Positions 19,512-30,814 of a stretch of DNA of 64,000 bases are shown here, in pieces (position 1 is the first letter of the stretch; each line of letters opens with the position of its first letter). Origin of the DNA: an uncultured Methanoregulaceae archaeon (GTDB taxonomy: Archaea; Halobacteriota; Methanomicrobia; Methanomicrobiales; Methanospirillaceae); NCBI GenBank assembly GCA_963701095.1, contig OY969564.1, positions 192,001 to 256,000 of the forward strand. The letters are read 5' to 3'. Below the pieces are notes generated by a model. It saw nothing but the letters and a program-made list of their open reading frames with translations. It did not search any database and was not told where the DNA came from. A program made the position numbers and the translations under genes.

Positions 19512-21431
19512 TTATACCATACGATATGTCTCGAGATTCATGGGTGAGTGTGTCTGGATATGGTAGCGTTTGTAGATGGAACTGGCCAAGTCTATTGTGT
19601 TATTCTCATCGCCGTGAATACAGAAGATTTTTTCCGGCCTTGGTTGGATCTGGCCGATATAATTCATTAGCTGCCTACGGTCGGAGTGCCCTGAGAATCC
19701 ATCGATGGTGTCAATTTCGAGGTTGATAGTGATCGTACCTTTACGGCCCATGGGAACCTCACGCCATCCTTTCTGGATCCTCCGCCCCTGCGTTCCATCT
19801 GCCTGGTACCCGACAAAGACAAGCGCGTTTCTCTCATCTTCTGCAAGGTTAAGGAGATATTCCATGATAGGGCCCCCGTTGAGCATACCACTGGTTGATA
19901 TGATAACACACGGGTCGCCGTTGATTACTTTATCACGGAGATCGGAAGAGTCAACCTGCTGGAAACATTCGGCAAGGAAGGGATTCATTCCTTCCCGGAA
20001 GATGAGGTTGCGGAGATCGTTATTGAGGTACTCCGGATAGGTAGTATGGATTGCGGTTGCCTCACGGATCATCCCGTCGAGGTAGATCTTGACATTGGGG
20101 ATCTTACCAAGACGCATACCCTCTTCAAGGGCAAGCATGACTTCCTGCGATCTGCCGACGGCAAATGCCGGGATGAGGACTTTACCTCCCCTTGAAAGTA
20201 CCTTGTCGATAGTCTCGTATAACTTGAGTTCCGCATCGGAACGGGCTGGCTGGAAATCATTTGAACCACCGTACGTGCTCTCCATGAACAGTGCTTCAAG
20301 CCGGGGAAACTGGTTGATGGCCGGGTTGAAAAGACGACTTTTACTATAGTTAAAATCCCCGGTAAATGCTATGTTGTAGAGGCCGTCTCCTATGTGGAAA
20401 TGCGCGATGGCAGAACCAAGGATGTGCCCCGCGTTATGGAAGGTGAGCTTGATATCCGGGGCAATATCAGTAACACTGCCATAATTGAGAGTGATCGAAT
20501 GCTTGATGTACGTCTTGACTTCATTCGAGCTGTAGGGAATCTTCCGGTCTTCCTTATTGATAACGTCAAGGTAATCCAGCTGGAGCATCGCGGAAAGGTC
20601 CCGGGTCGGCGGGGTAGAATAGACCGGACCTTCGTAACCATATTTATAGAGAAGGGGGATGAGTGCACAGTGATCCAGATGCGCGTGGGTAAGGACTACT
20701 GCATCGAGCTGGGCTAATGGATGTATTTCCGGCACATAAAGATAGGGCGTCCCATTTGAGTTGTCAGGTTTTTCCCCGCAGTCGATGAGAACCCTGCTGT
20801 CGGGGGTAGTAAGGAGAAAAGCCGCTCTTCCAACTTCACGACAGCAGCCAAGTGTCGTCACCCGGACCCACTGGTCTTTTCTGGGGGCATCTTTGTTTGA
20901 GTCATCACGGCCCGGAATATCACGGTGGATCCGGCGACCGATGGTTCGGAGAAACGACTTTCGTTCTTCGTTGACCGAGCGAAGGTATTGGCGGATCTGT
21001 TTTACGGTGCTGCTTTCGATAGGCGGTGTGCGGACAACTTTGGGTGTCCAGCCGATATGTTTTGTGATCTCCCGTAAGGTAATGCCATTTTTCCCGATAA
21101 CAACACCGGGTTTCTCTGCCTCAATGAGGACTTCCCCGGTGTCCGGGTCGAAAAAAATGTCGGTGATGCCTGAAGATTCCGGTACAACGGCTCGTATTTC
21201 CGTTGCCGCTTTTTCGGGGTCTTCAAGAATCGTGGGACGAACGACAATACGTTTCCGAAGGTCACGGGCAAGAACCCGTATTAAATCAGCTTCATCGGCA
21301 AACCGTTTGGGATCATCGGTATAGATCACCAGTTCAGGCCCTTCAAATTCAACCTCGGTTACCTTGATGCCTTCAGGCACCCTTTCATTAATTTTATCCT
21401 TTAGCTCTTTGAGCCGATCTTCAATCAACAT
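19512..21431 (-). CDS. fttA: Beta-CASP ribonuclease / termination factor aCPSF1 (FttA)
   Basis: N-terminal KH domains, THAHLDH, AGHILGS, GFSGHSD, HG. Confidence 0.95.
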   Translation of the reverse strand: MLIEDRLKELKDKINERVPEGIKVTEVEFEGPELVIYTDDPKRFADEADLIRVLARDLRKRIVVRPTILEDPEKAATEIRAVVPESSGITDIFFDPDTGEVLIEAEKPGVVIGKNGITLREITKHIGWTPKVVRTPPIESSTVKQIRQYLRSVNEERKSFLRTIGRRIHRDIPGRDDSNKDAPRKDQWVRVTTLGCCREVGRAAFLLTTPDSRVLIDCGEKPDNSNGTPYLYVPEIHPLAQLDAVVLTHAHLDHCALIPLLYKYGYEGPVYSTPPTRDLSAMLQLDYLDVINKEDRKIPYSSNEVKTYIKHSITLNYGSVTDIAPDIKLTFHNAGHILGSAIAHFHIGDGLYNIAFTGDFNYSKSRLFNPAINQFPRLEALFMESTYGGSNDFQPARSDAELKLYETIDKVLSRGGKVLIPAFAVGRSQEVMLALEEGMRLGKIPNVKIYLDGMIREATAIHTTYPEYLNNDLRNLIFREGMNPFLAECFQQVDSSDLRDKVINGDPCVIISTSGMLNGGPIMEYLLNLAEDERNALVFVGYQADGTQGRRIQKGWREVPMGRKGTITINLEIDTIDGFSGHSDRRQLMNYIGQIQPRPEKIFCIHGDENNTIDLASSIYKRYHIQTHSPMNLETYRMV

Positions 21432-21455
21432 AATAATGGACTTCCTAAAAAGAGA

Positions 21456-22097
21456 TTATACAGAATTTTTGGGGAGGTATTTGTTAAGCTGGTCCTCTCC
21501 CAGCACATGATATTTTTCTTTAGTAATGATGACCACATGGATTCCTTCGCCGGATCCTGCATCGCGTTTCATAGCTGACTTGAGTGCACGGACTGCAAGC
21601 TCAGTGGCTTCCTCTTCACTCATGTCCGGGCGATACCGGTCTTCCAGGACACCATAGGCCATGGGAGATCCGGAACCGGTCGAGACAATATCTTCTTCTT
21701 TAGTCGCCCCGCCCATTGCATCGACCGAATAGACGCTCGGCCCATGTTCATCGATACCGCCAACAAGCAACTGGACATAATACGGGAAATAACGGTTCTG
21801 GTTTAAATAATTGGAAAGCAACGTTGAAGCCGCACCCACCGTAATTGCCCGTGACCTGCGTATTTGGTACAGGTTACATTCAACTGTTATAATTCGTGCT
21901 AGCTGCTGTGCATCGCCCACACCGCCGGCAATAGTCATGCCAATTCTGTCGGCAATCTGGTAGACTTTCTTTGCACGCTTGCTTGCAATCATGTAACCCA
22001 TGGTCGCACGCTTCTCTGTGGCAAGGATAACCCCGCCGGCAAATATCAGACCTACCGTTGTCGTCCCGGTCATAGCTTCCTGGTATTGTTCAGGCAT
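21456..22097 (-). CDS. psmB: Proteasome beta subunit
   Basis: Propeptide G|TTTVG, GSGSP, RDAGSG. Confidence 0.95.
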   Translation of the reverse strand: MPEQYQEAMTGTTTVGLIFAGGVILATEKRATMGYMIASKRAKKVYQIADRIGMTIAGGVGDAQQLARIITVECNLYQIRRSRAITVGAASTLLSNYLNQNRYFPYYVQLLVGGIDEHGPSVYSVDAMGGATKEEDIVSTGSGSPMAYGVLEDRYRPDMSEEEATELAVRALKSAMKRDAGSGEGIHVVIITKEKYHVLGEDQLNKYLPKNSV

Positions 22098-22181
22098 ATC
22101 ACACCTCAAAAATAAATGAACGCCGAAAATCAATTAAAAGCGTTTTATGGTATAAAATGACACGTTTAAATTTAAAGGTTG

Positions 22182-23033
22182 TTATTCTTCTGTGTCTTCT
22201 TTGCAGAGGACACGGATAAGATCCCGGTCATAAAGCATAGCCACAAGGCGCTTGTCACCATTTATCACCGGGAGTTGGTCAACCCGAGACCGTCGCATTT
22301 TAAGCGCACATTCACTGACTTCAGAATTTTTGGGGACAGCGATCACGTTTTTAATCATGGCAAGTTTTACCGGCCGGTTGGGAAGCTGGACCCGTGAGAT
22401 TCCGAAACTGATCGTATGGTTATCCCTGATACTCTCCCAAGTCCATTCATCGTCGTCAGTCCCATTGGAAAAGTCACTGACCCCGACTGAATCCTCGATG
22501 CTTGAATTCCTGATAAGATCGCGTTCTGAGATTATACCCTGGAGGATACTTTCGGAATTGAGAATCGGTATCGCATCAACACCGGAAATTTCCATGACAC
22601 GACCGACAAGCGGGAGGGGCGTGTCTTCCCAAAGCGCAAACGTCGTGCTCGTGTAGGTATCCTTGATCTCTTCTTTAATTTTCATCTGTGCGATCGCGTG
22701 GATCAGGTCAGCAACAGAAAGAAGTCCAATCAGTTTGTTATCCTCAATAACCGGGAGTCTCCGGATGTGGTTGTTTACCAATAGTTTAGCAGCTTCCCGG
22801 ACATCAGCATTAGGACCAATCGTTATTGGCTTGGATTCCATGAGAAGCCCGAGCTGGGTTTCTTCTGGTTTTCGGAGCAGGTCCTTTCTGGTGATAATAC
22901 CGACGAGCTTCTTATTCTTAAGTACCGGGACGCCGGATATACCGGTCCTTTTGAGGATTTTGAGGACATCATCCCGGTTGCCGGGAATATCGACGTGGAC
23001 GACGTCCGATGTCATGTAGTCTTTAACGAGCAT
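22182..23033 (-). CDS. Four-CBS-domain protein
   Basis: ISGVPV, IRRLPV, DQLPV; DDDEWTWES insert. Confidence 0.9.
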   Translation of the reverse strand: MLVKDYMTSDVVHVDIPGNRDDVLKILKRTGISGVPVLKNKKLVGIITRKDLLRKPEETQLGLLMESKPITIGPNADVREAAKLLVNNHIRRLPVIEDNKLIGLLSVADLIHAIAQMKIKEEIKDTYTSTTFALWEDTPLPLVGRVMEISGVDAIPILNSESILQGIISERDLIRNSSIEDSVGVSDFSNGTDDDEWTWESIRDNHTISFGISRVQLPNRPVKLAMIKNVIAVPKNSEVSECALKMRRSRVDQLPVINGDKRLVAMLYDRDLIRVLCKEDTEE

Positions 23034-23038
23034 CTCTG

Positions 23039-23473
23039 TTATGATCTCACCACCATGGTTGTGACTGTACTATGGGTTGTTATATAGGTGCTGACACTTC
23101 CGAGAAGAATACTGTCGGTTGTGCTTTTCCCGTGGGATCCGGAAATAATAAGATCCACTTTTTCTTTCTGGGCAAGTGCAATAATCTCTGTGCCAGCATG
23201 GCCCCGTTTTAAATGCGTCGAAGCCACGATGCCCTTTTCTGCTGCGATCTTTTTTACTTTTTCAAGGGCTGCTTTTCCCTCCTTCTCAAGAACGCTATAC
23301 ATTATTTCAACAGTATTATCTATCGGAAGAGAAGAGAAGAGGCCGGTTTCAACGACATAAACGGCATGGAGCTTTGCATTCCATACTCTTGCCTCGTCGA
23401 CAGCCCGTTCGATTGACCGATCGCCCGGTTTTGAACCGTCTATTGCGACAAGTATGTTAGTGAACACTAGCAT
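23039..23473 (-). CDS. Universal stress protein
   Basis: ILVAIDGS, GSHGKS...LLGSVS. Confidence 0.9.
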   Translation of the reverse strand: MLVFTNILVAIDGSKPGDRSIERAVDEARVWNAKLHAVYVVETGLFSSLPIDNTVEIMYSVLEKEGKAALEKVKKIAAEKGIVASTHLKRGHAGTEIIALAQKEKVDLIISGSHGKSTTDSILLGSVSTYITTHSTVTTMVVRS

Positions 23474-23496
23474 CACCCAAAACAAACATGCCATTT

Positions 23497-24543
23497 TTAT
23501 TGAGTTTTCAAATTAAAAACGTTATTCCCAATTCTCATTAACTGTGCGCGTTTTACTAGCGAAGTTATGGGATCCCGGGAAAAAGCAAGAGCTGACCGTG
23601 TCGGATCTATCGTAAAGAGGGCTGCGCGTGCTCCTTTCCGGATAAAGAACGGGGAGCCGGTGAGTTGAGATCCAGCGACCGCAGACCAGAGAATCGTTTT
23701 TGCAGGGAGATGGTATACCGTCAAAGTAAATGCCATCTCTGAAAACATGTCAGGGGGTACAAACATCACATTGTCTGTGCCGAGCAGGATGGTGCACCCG
23801 AGCTCCCGCATCGTTTCCAAGGGGGGATACCGTGACGATGCGGTTACGCCAAGCTCCCAGTTGGAACGGGGACAGACGGCTATAGGGATTCCCTGTTCTG
23901 CACAAAAACGGAGCTGCTTTCTAGTGGCATGGGTCATATGGACAAGAAGATCCGGCTCGAACGAAAGGGCGGCATCGATATCATCATTATCGCGTTCCCC
24001 CGCATGGAATGCAATCTTTTTACCGGCATTCCGGGCAACTCTGATCTTGTGTTCTAAACCCTCTACATCCCGGGCACTACTTATACCAAAACCATCCGCA
24101 ACACTTTCGCCACCTTCCCTGCCAAAAATGACAGGCTCAAAGGTGAGACCTGCGCTCGCACGCTGGAGCAGAGAGACCCCCTTTTTTCCTCCTTCCCGGA
24201 AATCCGCACAGCCGAATGTTCCGGAACTGATCATCCCGGTAATAGACGCCCGCATCCCGGCTATAAGATTATCCGGAGAGGCGGCAGCGAGAAGCCGGTG
24301 TTTGAGGCCGTCAGGTGGTGTTACAATACTTGCCAGATTCCCGGTATATCCGCAATCCGTGGCTATAGTATCGGCAAGATGCGTGTGAGCATCAAATAAT
24401 GCCGGACAGATCCAGATCTGTGGCGCACTGGTTCTTTCTTCAATCGCGGTGACATAATCTCTCTCAATGACAATATCGACTGGCCTGAGATCGAGATCTT
24501 CACCAACGAATGCCTGGCCTGACAGAACCTGTGGGGTTTTCAT
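23497..24543 (-). CDS. Metal-dependent amidohydrolase (deaminase-like)
   Basis: DAHTH, FHAGE, LVHMT, CPRSN, LGTDN. Confidence 0.85.
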   Translation of the reverse strand: MKTPQVLSGQAFVGEDLDLRPVDIVIERDYVTAIEERTSAPQIWICPALFDAHTHLADTIATDCGYTGNLASIVTPPDGLKHRLLAAASPDNLIAGMRASITGMISSGTFGCADFREGGKKGVSLLQRASAGLTFEPVIFGREGGESVADGFGISSARDVEGLEHKIRVARNAGKKIAFHAGERDNDDIDAALSFEPDLLVHMTHATRKQLRFCAEQGIPIAVCPRSNWELGVTASSRYPPLETMRELGCTILLGTDNVMFVPPDMFSEMAFTLTVYHLPAKTILWSAVAGSQLTGSPFFIRKGARAALFTIDPTRSALAFSRDPITSLVKRAQLMRIGNNVFNLKTQ

Positions 24544-24591
24544 GGGGTGTCGTGTCTCCCTTTTATATATCGAAAAATGAAATATATTCTC

Positions 24592-24762
24592 ATGGCAAAG
24601 AAAAAAGGCGGTAGGTTACTTTCTTCGGCGGGTCTCGTCAACTATTACGAGAGCGAGGACCGGCGGGCAATACATATTAGTCCAATAACGGTCATGGCAA
24701 TTGCTGCAATCGTAGGAATTATTGTCATGGTTTTCAATCTCCTCTATGCAAGTACGTCATAA
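24592..24762 (+). CDS. secG: Preprotein translocase Sec61beta subunit
   Basis: GGRLLSSAGLVNYY...ISP followed by one TM helix. Confidence 0.9.
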   Translation: MAKKKGGRLLSSAGLVNYYESEDRRAIHISPITVMAIAAIVGIIVMVFNLLYASTS

Positions 24763-24792
24763 ATAATTTTTATCTTTTGTATCTTTTTTCCT

Positions 24793-25546
24793 CTATGAAG
24801 GGCACTTTTCCTTGAGCAGCCTGCGGGTGATATCCTCGTCCTTGGTGAAATAGATATTATCGTGGCCGGCCCAAGGAGGGCAGTTATGAAACAGTACCTG
24901 CGGGAACACCGTTATTGCTTTCGCCCATGACAAAATTTGCAAACCCTGCTATTTCATCCACCACGGCTTCTTCGGTGATCTTAAGTTCGTGACCGAAAAG
25001 GTCGACATCACCCCGGAAATCCCGGATAGCCGTAAACCCGGCCCACCCGATAGCATGCCCGGTCTGTCCTCGCCGGAATGACCGCCCGCAGGTGTCCGTG
25101 ATAATGATACCCACGTTTTTTCCGGCGATCTGGCGGATTTCTTCCTGGACTTTTGCCGCAGCTTGCATAGGGTTGGGGGGGAGGAATATCACCATACCGT
25201 CATCAATATTGCTCTGATCGACACCGGCCCGGACACCGATATGGCCAAACGAAAGCTCAGAAAGGATGAAGGGGTATTCCATAATGATATCCACTGACGC
25301 ATCGAGCACAGCCTGGACAAAACGGGGGTCTTCACCGTTGAGTTTGCCAAGCCGCAATGCTTTGTCAGACGGTATGATGTCCACAAGAGCTTTTGTATAC
25401 CCTTTGGCCTTTGAGTAGATTGTAGAAGCTATTGAGACAATATCACCGTCCTCTATTGTTACCCGCTCACAGATCATCGCTGCAATATTATCACCGGCTT
25501 TGATCAGGGGAAGCCCCCGGATACCCGTGACGACAATATTTTCCAT
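24793..25546 (-). CDS. cofE: Coenzyme F420-0:L-glutamate ligase; frameshift near 24899
   Basis: GLPLIKAGD, AGVDQSN, DTCGRSFRRG, MGE; C-terminus VLFHNCPPWAGHDNIYF..EDITRR in shifted frame. Confidence 0.9.
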
Positions 25547-25671
25547 AGTACTGGTTCTATGGAGTGATCAAAACGATATAGGGGTTTCGTTTGATTTTTC
25601 CTTATCTGGTCCATTTCTATAACAAACATCAATATATTTTTATAGATGTTAAACTGAAAATCTGATTACCT

Positions 25672-25944
25672 ATGTACCACATTCTCAGGTGCCCGGGGTG
25701 CAAAGCATTTACCTACGTGGATCGGTTCCAGAAATGGAAGCTTTGCCCGGCCTGTGGTCATGCGTACGAAGTTGCAAAGGTTCCTGCTTATCTCGAGGTT
25801 GAAGATTACCATGATGCCGAGCATATCATCCGGCAGATGGAAAAACACCTGTATACCTATAAGAAAAAGGATTTTACCCCGGAAGAATCCGAGGAACTCC
25901 GCCGGCATTATGCGGAGTGGTTCGGTAAGAAAAAGGTTCGTTGA
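25672..25944 (+). CDS. Zn-ribbon protein (DUF1922-like)
   Basis: Two CxxC pairs: RCPGC and CPACG. Confidence 0.75.
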   Translation: MYHILRCPGCKAFTYVDRFQKWKLCPACGHAYEVAKVPAYLEVEDYHDAEHIIRQMEKHLYTYKKKDFTPEESEELRRHYAEWFGKKKVR

Positions 25945-26054
25945 AATCCAGTTTTTTTTCAGATAATACTTCGAGCATTTTTCATATAATTCCTTTCAAG
26001 GATACGCATTGCAAGATTCATGAGCCGGTAAAAGAGATATCCCTTGGGGAAACC

Positions 26055-27289
26055 GTGGGCCATTACGATGTTTGTGTTATAGGTGCCGGGCCGCGGTCTG
26101 TTCTGCGCGATCCATGCAGCCGGACATGGTGTCCGCGTTCTTCTTCTTGAAAAAAATGCAACGCCCGGTGTTAAATTAGCGATTTCCGGCACCGGCCAAT
26201 GCAATATTACCCATGATGGGGATATCCGGACCTTTTTTTCCCGGTATGGGTCGCACGGAACATTTCTCAAACCTGCATTGTTATCCTTTACCAATAAGGC
26301 GCTCATCAGTTTTTTTGCAGAACGAGGTCTTGGTATGGATATTGCTGAAGGAGGAAAGATCTTTCCGGAGAGCCGGGATGCCCAAGATGTCTGCTCCGTT
26401 CTCGTCAATGAATGCCGGAAGTGTGGCGTTTTCCTGAAATGCGGGGACCCGGTCAGAAAAGTCGAAAGAACCGATACGGGTTTTGCCATCAGGACTTCAG
26501 GTCAGGTATATTCCTCAAAGAATCTTGTTCTTGCCTGTGGGGGAGCATCGTACCCGAAAACCGGATCGACCGGTGACGGTTACCGGATTGCGGCATATTT
26601 AGGTCATACAATAGCCGAGATCGGTCCGGCGCTTGCCCCGCTTATTATCAAGAATTTCCCTTTTTCCTCACTTGCCGGTATGACTTTTCCTGAACTCTCC
26701 TTCTCGGTTTGGCGCATGAAGTGTAAGATTATCGAGGCTAAGGGAGATATTGTTTTTACGCACGCCGGTCTCGGCCGGGGTACTCGATCATTCCCGCGAC
26801 ATCCGCCCGGGTGACCGTATCCGGCTTTCATTTATCGGTCAAACACCGCGGGACGTTGTTGTTCAGGAGATACTTTCGGCCATTGCTATCAGCCCGGCGA
26901 AAACGATCAAAACACTTATCACCGGTATGGGTGTGCCTGAACGGCTTTCCCGCCTTCTGCCGGAAATGGCGGGAATTACACCGGATAGTACTGGCGCCCA
27001 TCTTTCTGCCGCGAACCGTAACCGGCTTATTGATTCCGTTACCGGATGTCAGCTGGAAATTTATGATGTGGGAAACCTTTCCGTTGCGATGGTGACGAGA
27101 GGGGGTATCAACCTTTCTGAAGTAGATCCGAAAACGATGGCATCAAAATTGGTGCCGGGGCTGTTTTTTGCCGGGGAAGTGCTGGACATTGATGGTGACA
27201 CCGGCGGTTTTAACCTCCAGGCTGCGTTTTCGACCGGCTTTCTTGCTGCTCAAGCAATACGGTCACGTGGAAAAAAGTCCTCCGAATAA
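26055..27289 (+). CDS. BaiN/HI0933-family flavoprotein; frameshifts near 26093 and 26773
   Basis: VIGAGP, ISGTGQCNITH, YPKTGSTGDG, VTRGG, GEVLDIDGDTGGFNLQAA spread over three frames. Confidence 0.88.
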
Positions 27290-27410
27290 TACAATCGTGT
27301 TAAGTAATGGGATCAAATTCTTCCCCGATTACGTTGAGTTTTTGTACGCAACTATGTCAATGTATATATTGGCCCATTAACGAGCCAGATTGGTACAGGA
27401 CGGATCCCCT

Positions 27411-27785
27411 ATGGATGATAATTTTGAGACTATAGAAACCGGTGAAAATGCAGCCAAGACAGAACCTTCAGCCTCGGTGGAATCTTCCTGCCAACCTCCT
27501 CCCGAAACAATCACCGGAATGAGCCTTGAAAAGATAATTGAAATCACCGGAGAATTCGAGCATCTTAACGAGCTCATTATGATTCACATACAACAAGCCG
27601 GAGGATTTACCGGTGTAGATGCGTATTTCCGGACCGTTCAACCTATACTGGATCTTCTGGAAGTTGAGATCCGTGTACGGTGCAGTGTAGGCATTAATCA
27701 ACAGCAGATGAAACTGGTGGTGCAGGACTGGATTGATCAGGAAATCAAGGCTTGTATGGAAAAAACTGCTGAGCTTGGCAGGTAG
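27411..27785 (+). CDS. Hypothetical protein
   Basis: Acidic helical ORF; no motif recognised. Confidence 0.6.
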   Translation: MDDNFETIETGENAAKTEPSASVESSCQPPPETITGMSLEKIIEITGEFEHLNELIMIHIQQAGGFTGVDAYFRTVQPILDLLEVEIRVRCSVGINQQQMKLVVQDWIDQEIKACMEKTAELGR

Positions 27786-27860
27786 GAAAAGAGAGGGGTT
27801 TCCACAGCCCATAAATACTATTTTTAAATAGGATTTTGAGGTAAAACAAGGAAAAAGGTT

Positions 27861-29069
27861 TTAGATCAACATGGATGCCCAAGCATACATATTGTGAAGA
27901 CCGGCGGAGATTACGGTTACCGGATCAATATGGAGCAGAGGGAAAATAAGAATGAAATATAGGAATGTACCAATGAGGCTTCCCAGGTTTGCCAGTGCTG
28001 CGACCAGGACAACTTTAAACAGCGGGACGCGCGCCATTTCCCCGATTGAATCGCACTCGTAAATCTTCCGGAAATCCGAGACGGGGGGTTTTCGCACCTT
28101 TGCTTCGACATAGGCAGCAAACCAACCAGCATGGAGCAGGGGGTTTAGGGAGGTCATCCACGCAACCGCAAAACAGGTCAGCGCTGAGTACGGATGGCCC
28201 CCGGCTATCAGCGTAAACACTGCTGCAAGTACCCCATGTATAACTATCCAGAAGAGAAGAGCATACAGGAGAACCATCAGGCCGACCCCGGAGAAAGCAA
28301 TCGCTGCTAAAAGAAATGCAAAAAGGCCGGTTACTGCAAATCCGAATATTTTTGCCCAGGGAAAGGATTTTGGTTCTTTTGCAAGCGCGTCAAACGGCGG
28401 AAGTTTCTGCGGATGTTCGATATAATCGTTGATTCCCTGACGGTGACCGGCGCCGACAATGGCAAGGATCCGGCCCTCAGGCCGTTGGGCTTTGAGGAGT
28501 ATAAGCTGGTGCGCAATGTAGGCATCACGTTCATCTATTAACGCGTGGGCACCATTTGGTGAGAACCTGCGAAACTCTTCCATGACAGCATCGATAATGT
28601 CCTGTTCCTTGAGCGATTCAATATCGAATTGCTGTTCAACGTTGTCCACTTCCGCTATGGAGTAGATTAACGCAAAGACCATCTTGATCTTTTCGATGAT
28701 GCCCATTGATTTCCAGAATCTGAGAAGCGTTAAACGTATGTCACGATCCACAAGGGCAATAGGAATACCCCGACTTTCCGCTTCCGCGATGGCAATTTTC
28801 ATCTCGGCGCCGGGTTCGACACCGACATCGACGCCTATTTTTCTCTGGAGGTAAGAAAGCAGCCACTGGACGAGGAGTGAATTAAAGTTTCTGACTTCAA
28901 GGACATCCTCAACTGTCGGATCCCGGGCCTGTTTTTTCAAAGCCGAATAACGGGCCGGATCCAATTCTATCGCTACAATATCCGGATGGAATTCCTCGAT
29001 TGCAGCCCGGACTTCATCGACGCTCTTCTGTGAGACATGCGCAGTCCCGACGATCTTCAACTCAGCCAT
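27861..29069 (-). CDS. TraB/GumN family protein
   Basis: VGTAHVS, ELD..R, PGAEM, LIDERD, VGAGH plus C-terminal TM helices. Confidence 0.92.
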   Translation of the reverse strand: MAELKIVGTAHVSQKSVDEVRAAIEEFHPDIVAIELDPARYSALKKQARDPTVEDVLEVRNFNSLLVQWLLSYLQRKIGVDVGVEPGAEMKIAIAEAESRGIPIALVDRDIRLTLLRFWKSMGIIEKIKMVFALIYSIAEVDNVEQQFDIESLKEQDIIDAVMEEFRRFSPNGAHALIDERDAYIAHQLILLKAQRPEGRILAIVGAGHRQGINDYIEHPQKLPPFDALAKEPKSFPWAKIFGFAVTGLFAFLLAAIAFSGVGLMVLLYALLFWIVIHGVLAAVFTLIAGGHPYSALTCFAVAWMTSLNPLLHAGWFAAYVEAKVRKPPVSDFRKIYECDSIGEMARVPLFKVVLVAALANLGSLIGTFLYFILIFPLLHIDPVTVISAGLHNMYAWASMLI

Positions 29070-29222
29070 TCGTCACCGTAATTCCAGTACTCTTGGTCTT
29101 TTGCCCTCTTTAATGATAGTATAGGCCGAAACGAAAAGAAGGGTTTATCCCCAGTGCATTAGCACCGTAACCGGGTTATTAAGCCTGTTTCACCAATATG
29201 TCCATAATTATCAGAGAATAGC

Positions 29223-30038
29223 ATGAAGATCGCCATAGCTGGGAAAGGGGGATCAGGCAAAACGCTGGTGGCTGGCAGCTTTTCGTATTTGCTTGCCCGC
29301 GCCGGGTACAAGACACTAGCTATCGACGCTGATTCAGCCCCGAATCTGGGATCGTTGCTCGGCCTTTCAGCACCTGAAACCACTACTATAATGCCGGTCT
29401 CAAAAAATGAAGACCTCATTTCAACGAAAACCAAAACAGGTTATCCCGGTGTATATTCCCTGAACTTCTCGGTGGCAGATGTGATTGGGAAGTATGCGGT
29501 GCCGACCCCAACCGGCGCTCACCTGCTGGTGATGGGCACGGTATCTTCTATGGGTGGTGGCTGTACCTGTCCGGCAAACAGTGTGATACGGGCTCTGCTT
29601 CGTCATCTTCTTGTTGAGCGTGATGAGATGGTTGTATTGGATATGGAAGCAGGTGTCGAACATCTCGGCAGGGGAACCGCGGAGAATGTCGATATTATGC
29701 TGGTTGCCAGTGATGCAAACCGCCAGTCACTTGCTATCGCGGAAACGATCCTCCGGATGGCACAGGATGCCGGTATCCCCCGGACCGCACTGATAGGGAA
29801 CAAAATTGCAAATCCCGGCCAGGAACAGATCATACAGGATTTTGCCCGAACCCGCGAGATCGCCATTGCCGGTATGATTCCATCAGATGATACTGTGACA
29901 AAAGCAGGTATAACCGGTGATTCGGTTATCTCACTTCAAAATTCACCGGCATTTGCTGCCATCCGGGAAATCCTCGCCGGGATTTGTATGGTGGCCAACG
30001 AAAATACGTCTTTACAGAATGGAAAAACCACATTATGA
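29223..30038 (+). CDS. cooC: CooC/AcsF-type nickel-insertion ATPase
   Basis: GKGGSGKT, IDAD, GCTCP, DMEAGVEHLGRG. Confidence 0.9.
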   Translation: MKIAIAGKGGSGKTLVAGSFSYLLARAGYKTLAIDADSAPNLGSLLGLSAPETTTIMPVSKNEDLISTKTKTGYPGVYSLNFSVADVIGKYAVPTPTGAHLLVMGTVSSMGGGCTCPANSVIRALLRHLLVERDEMVVLDMEAGVEHLGRGTAENVDIMLVASDANRQSLAIAETILRMAQDAGIPRTALIGNKIANPGQEQIIQDFARTREIAIAGMIPSDDTVTKAGITGDSVISLQNSPAFAAIREILAGICMVANENTSLQNGKTTL

Positions 30039-30814
30039 AAACGCTGGTGACCATGGGCCGGGGTGGAACCGGCAAAACAGACTTTGTTGCGTTGCAGACA
30101 AAATATTTCCTGAAACAAAGCGATACGCCGCTTCTTTTAGTTGATCTTGATCCGGACCAGAACCTTGCTGAGATGGTTGGGGTTGACCTCGAGAAAGAAG
30201 GCGTAAAGACAATTGCTGAACTGGTCACGGATACGTTTATTAAAAAAGGTGGAACGATAACCGGGATCGCCCCTAAGGAAAGGATCGAAAGCCAGGTTCT
30301 TAGGGAAGGGCTGTATGAAGGCAGCCATTTTGATCTCATTGCCGTTGGCACTAAGTGGATCGAAGGGTGCTACTGCATGCCGGATGCAGCCCTTAAAGGA
30401 GCGCTTGAGTCGCTTTCGAAAAATTATTCCTATGTATTGGTCGATTCACCCGCAGGTCTTGAGCATCTCAATCGTAAGGTAACCGCACAGGTATCTGATA
30501 TTTTCGATGTGATGGGGCCATCCCACAAATCTCTTCTTCACGTGCGGCGAGCTGACCGGATCACCCGAGAGGTCGGTATCACCTTTGACAGATTCTTTAT
30601 CGTTGGTGGCTGTCTTTTTCCCTCAAGCCTTGAGAAAAGGGCACAGGAAGAGACCGGTCAGCAGTACCTGGGAAAAATTGTCTTCGATCCCATCGTACAG
30701 GAATCCGTCATCGAAGGCCGGTCGCTTCTCGACGTATCATATAATTCCCCAGCGTATCTCTCCGTTTGCACCCTCATGAAAAATGCCGGATATGGTGAGG
30801 CTGGATCTTCATGA
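30035..30814 (+). CDS. Second CooC/AcsF-like ATPase
   Basis: GRGGTGKT, DLDPD, EGCYC, DSPAGLEHLNR. Confidence 0.85.
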   Translation: MKTLVTMGRGGTGKTDFVALQTKYFLKQSDTPLLLVDLDPDQNLAEMVGVDLEKEGVKTIAELVTDTFIKKGGTITGIAPKERIESQVLREGLYEGSHFDLIAVGTKWIEGCYCMPDAALKGALESLSKNYSYVLVDSPAGLEHLNRKVTAQVSDIFDVMGPSHKSLLHVRRADRITREVGITFDRFFIVGGCLFPSSLEKRAQEETGQQYLGKIVFDPIVQESVIEGRSLLDVSYNSPAYLSVCTLMKNAGYGEAGSS

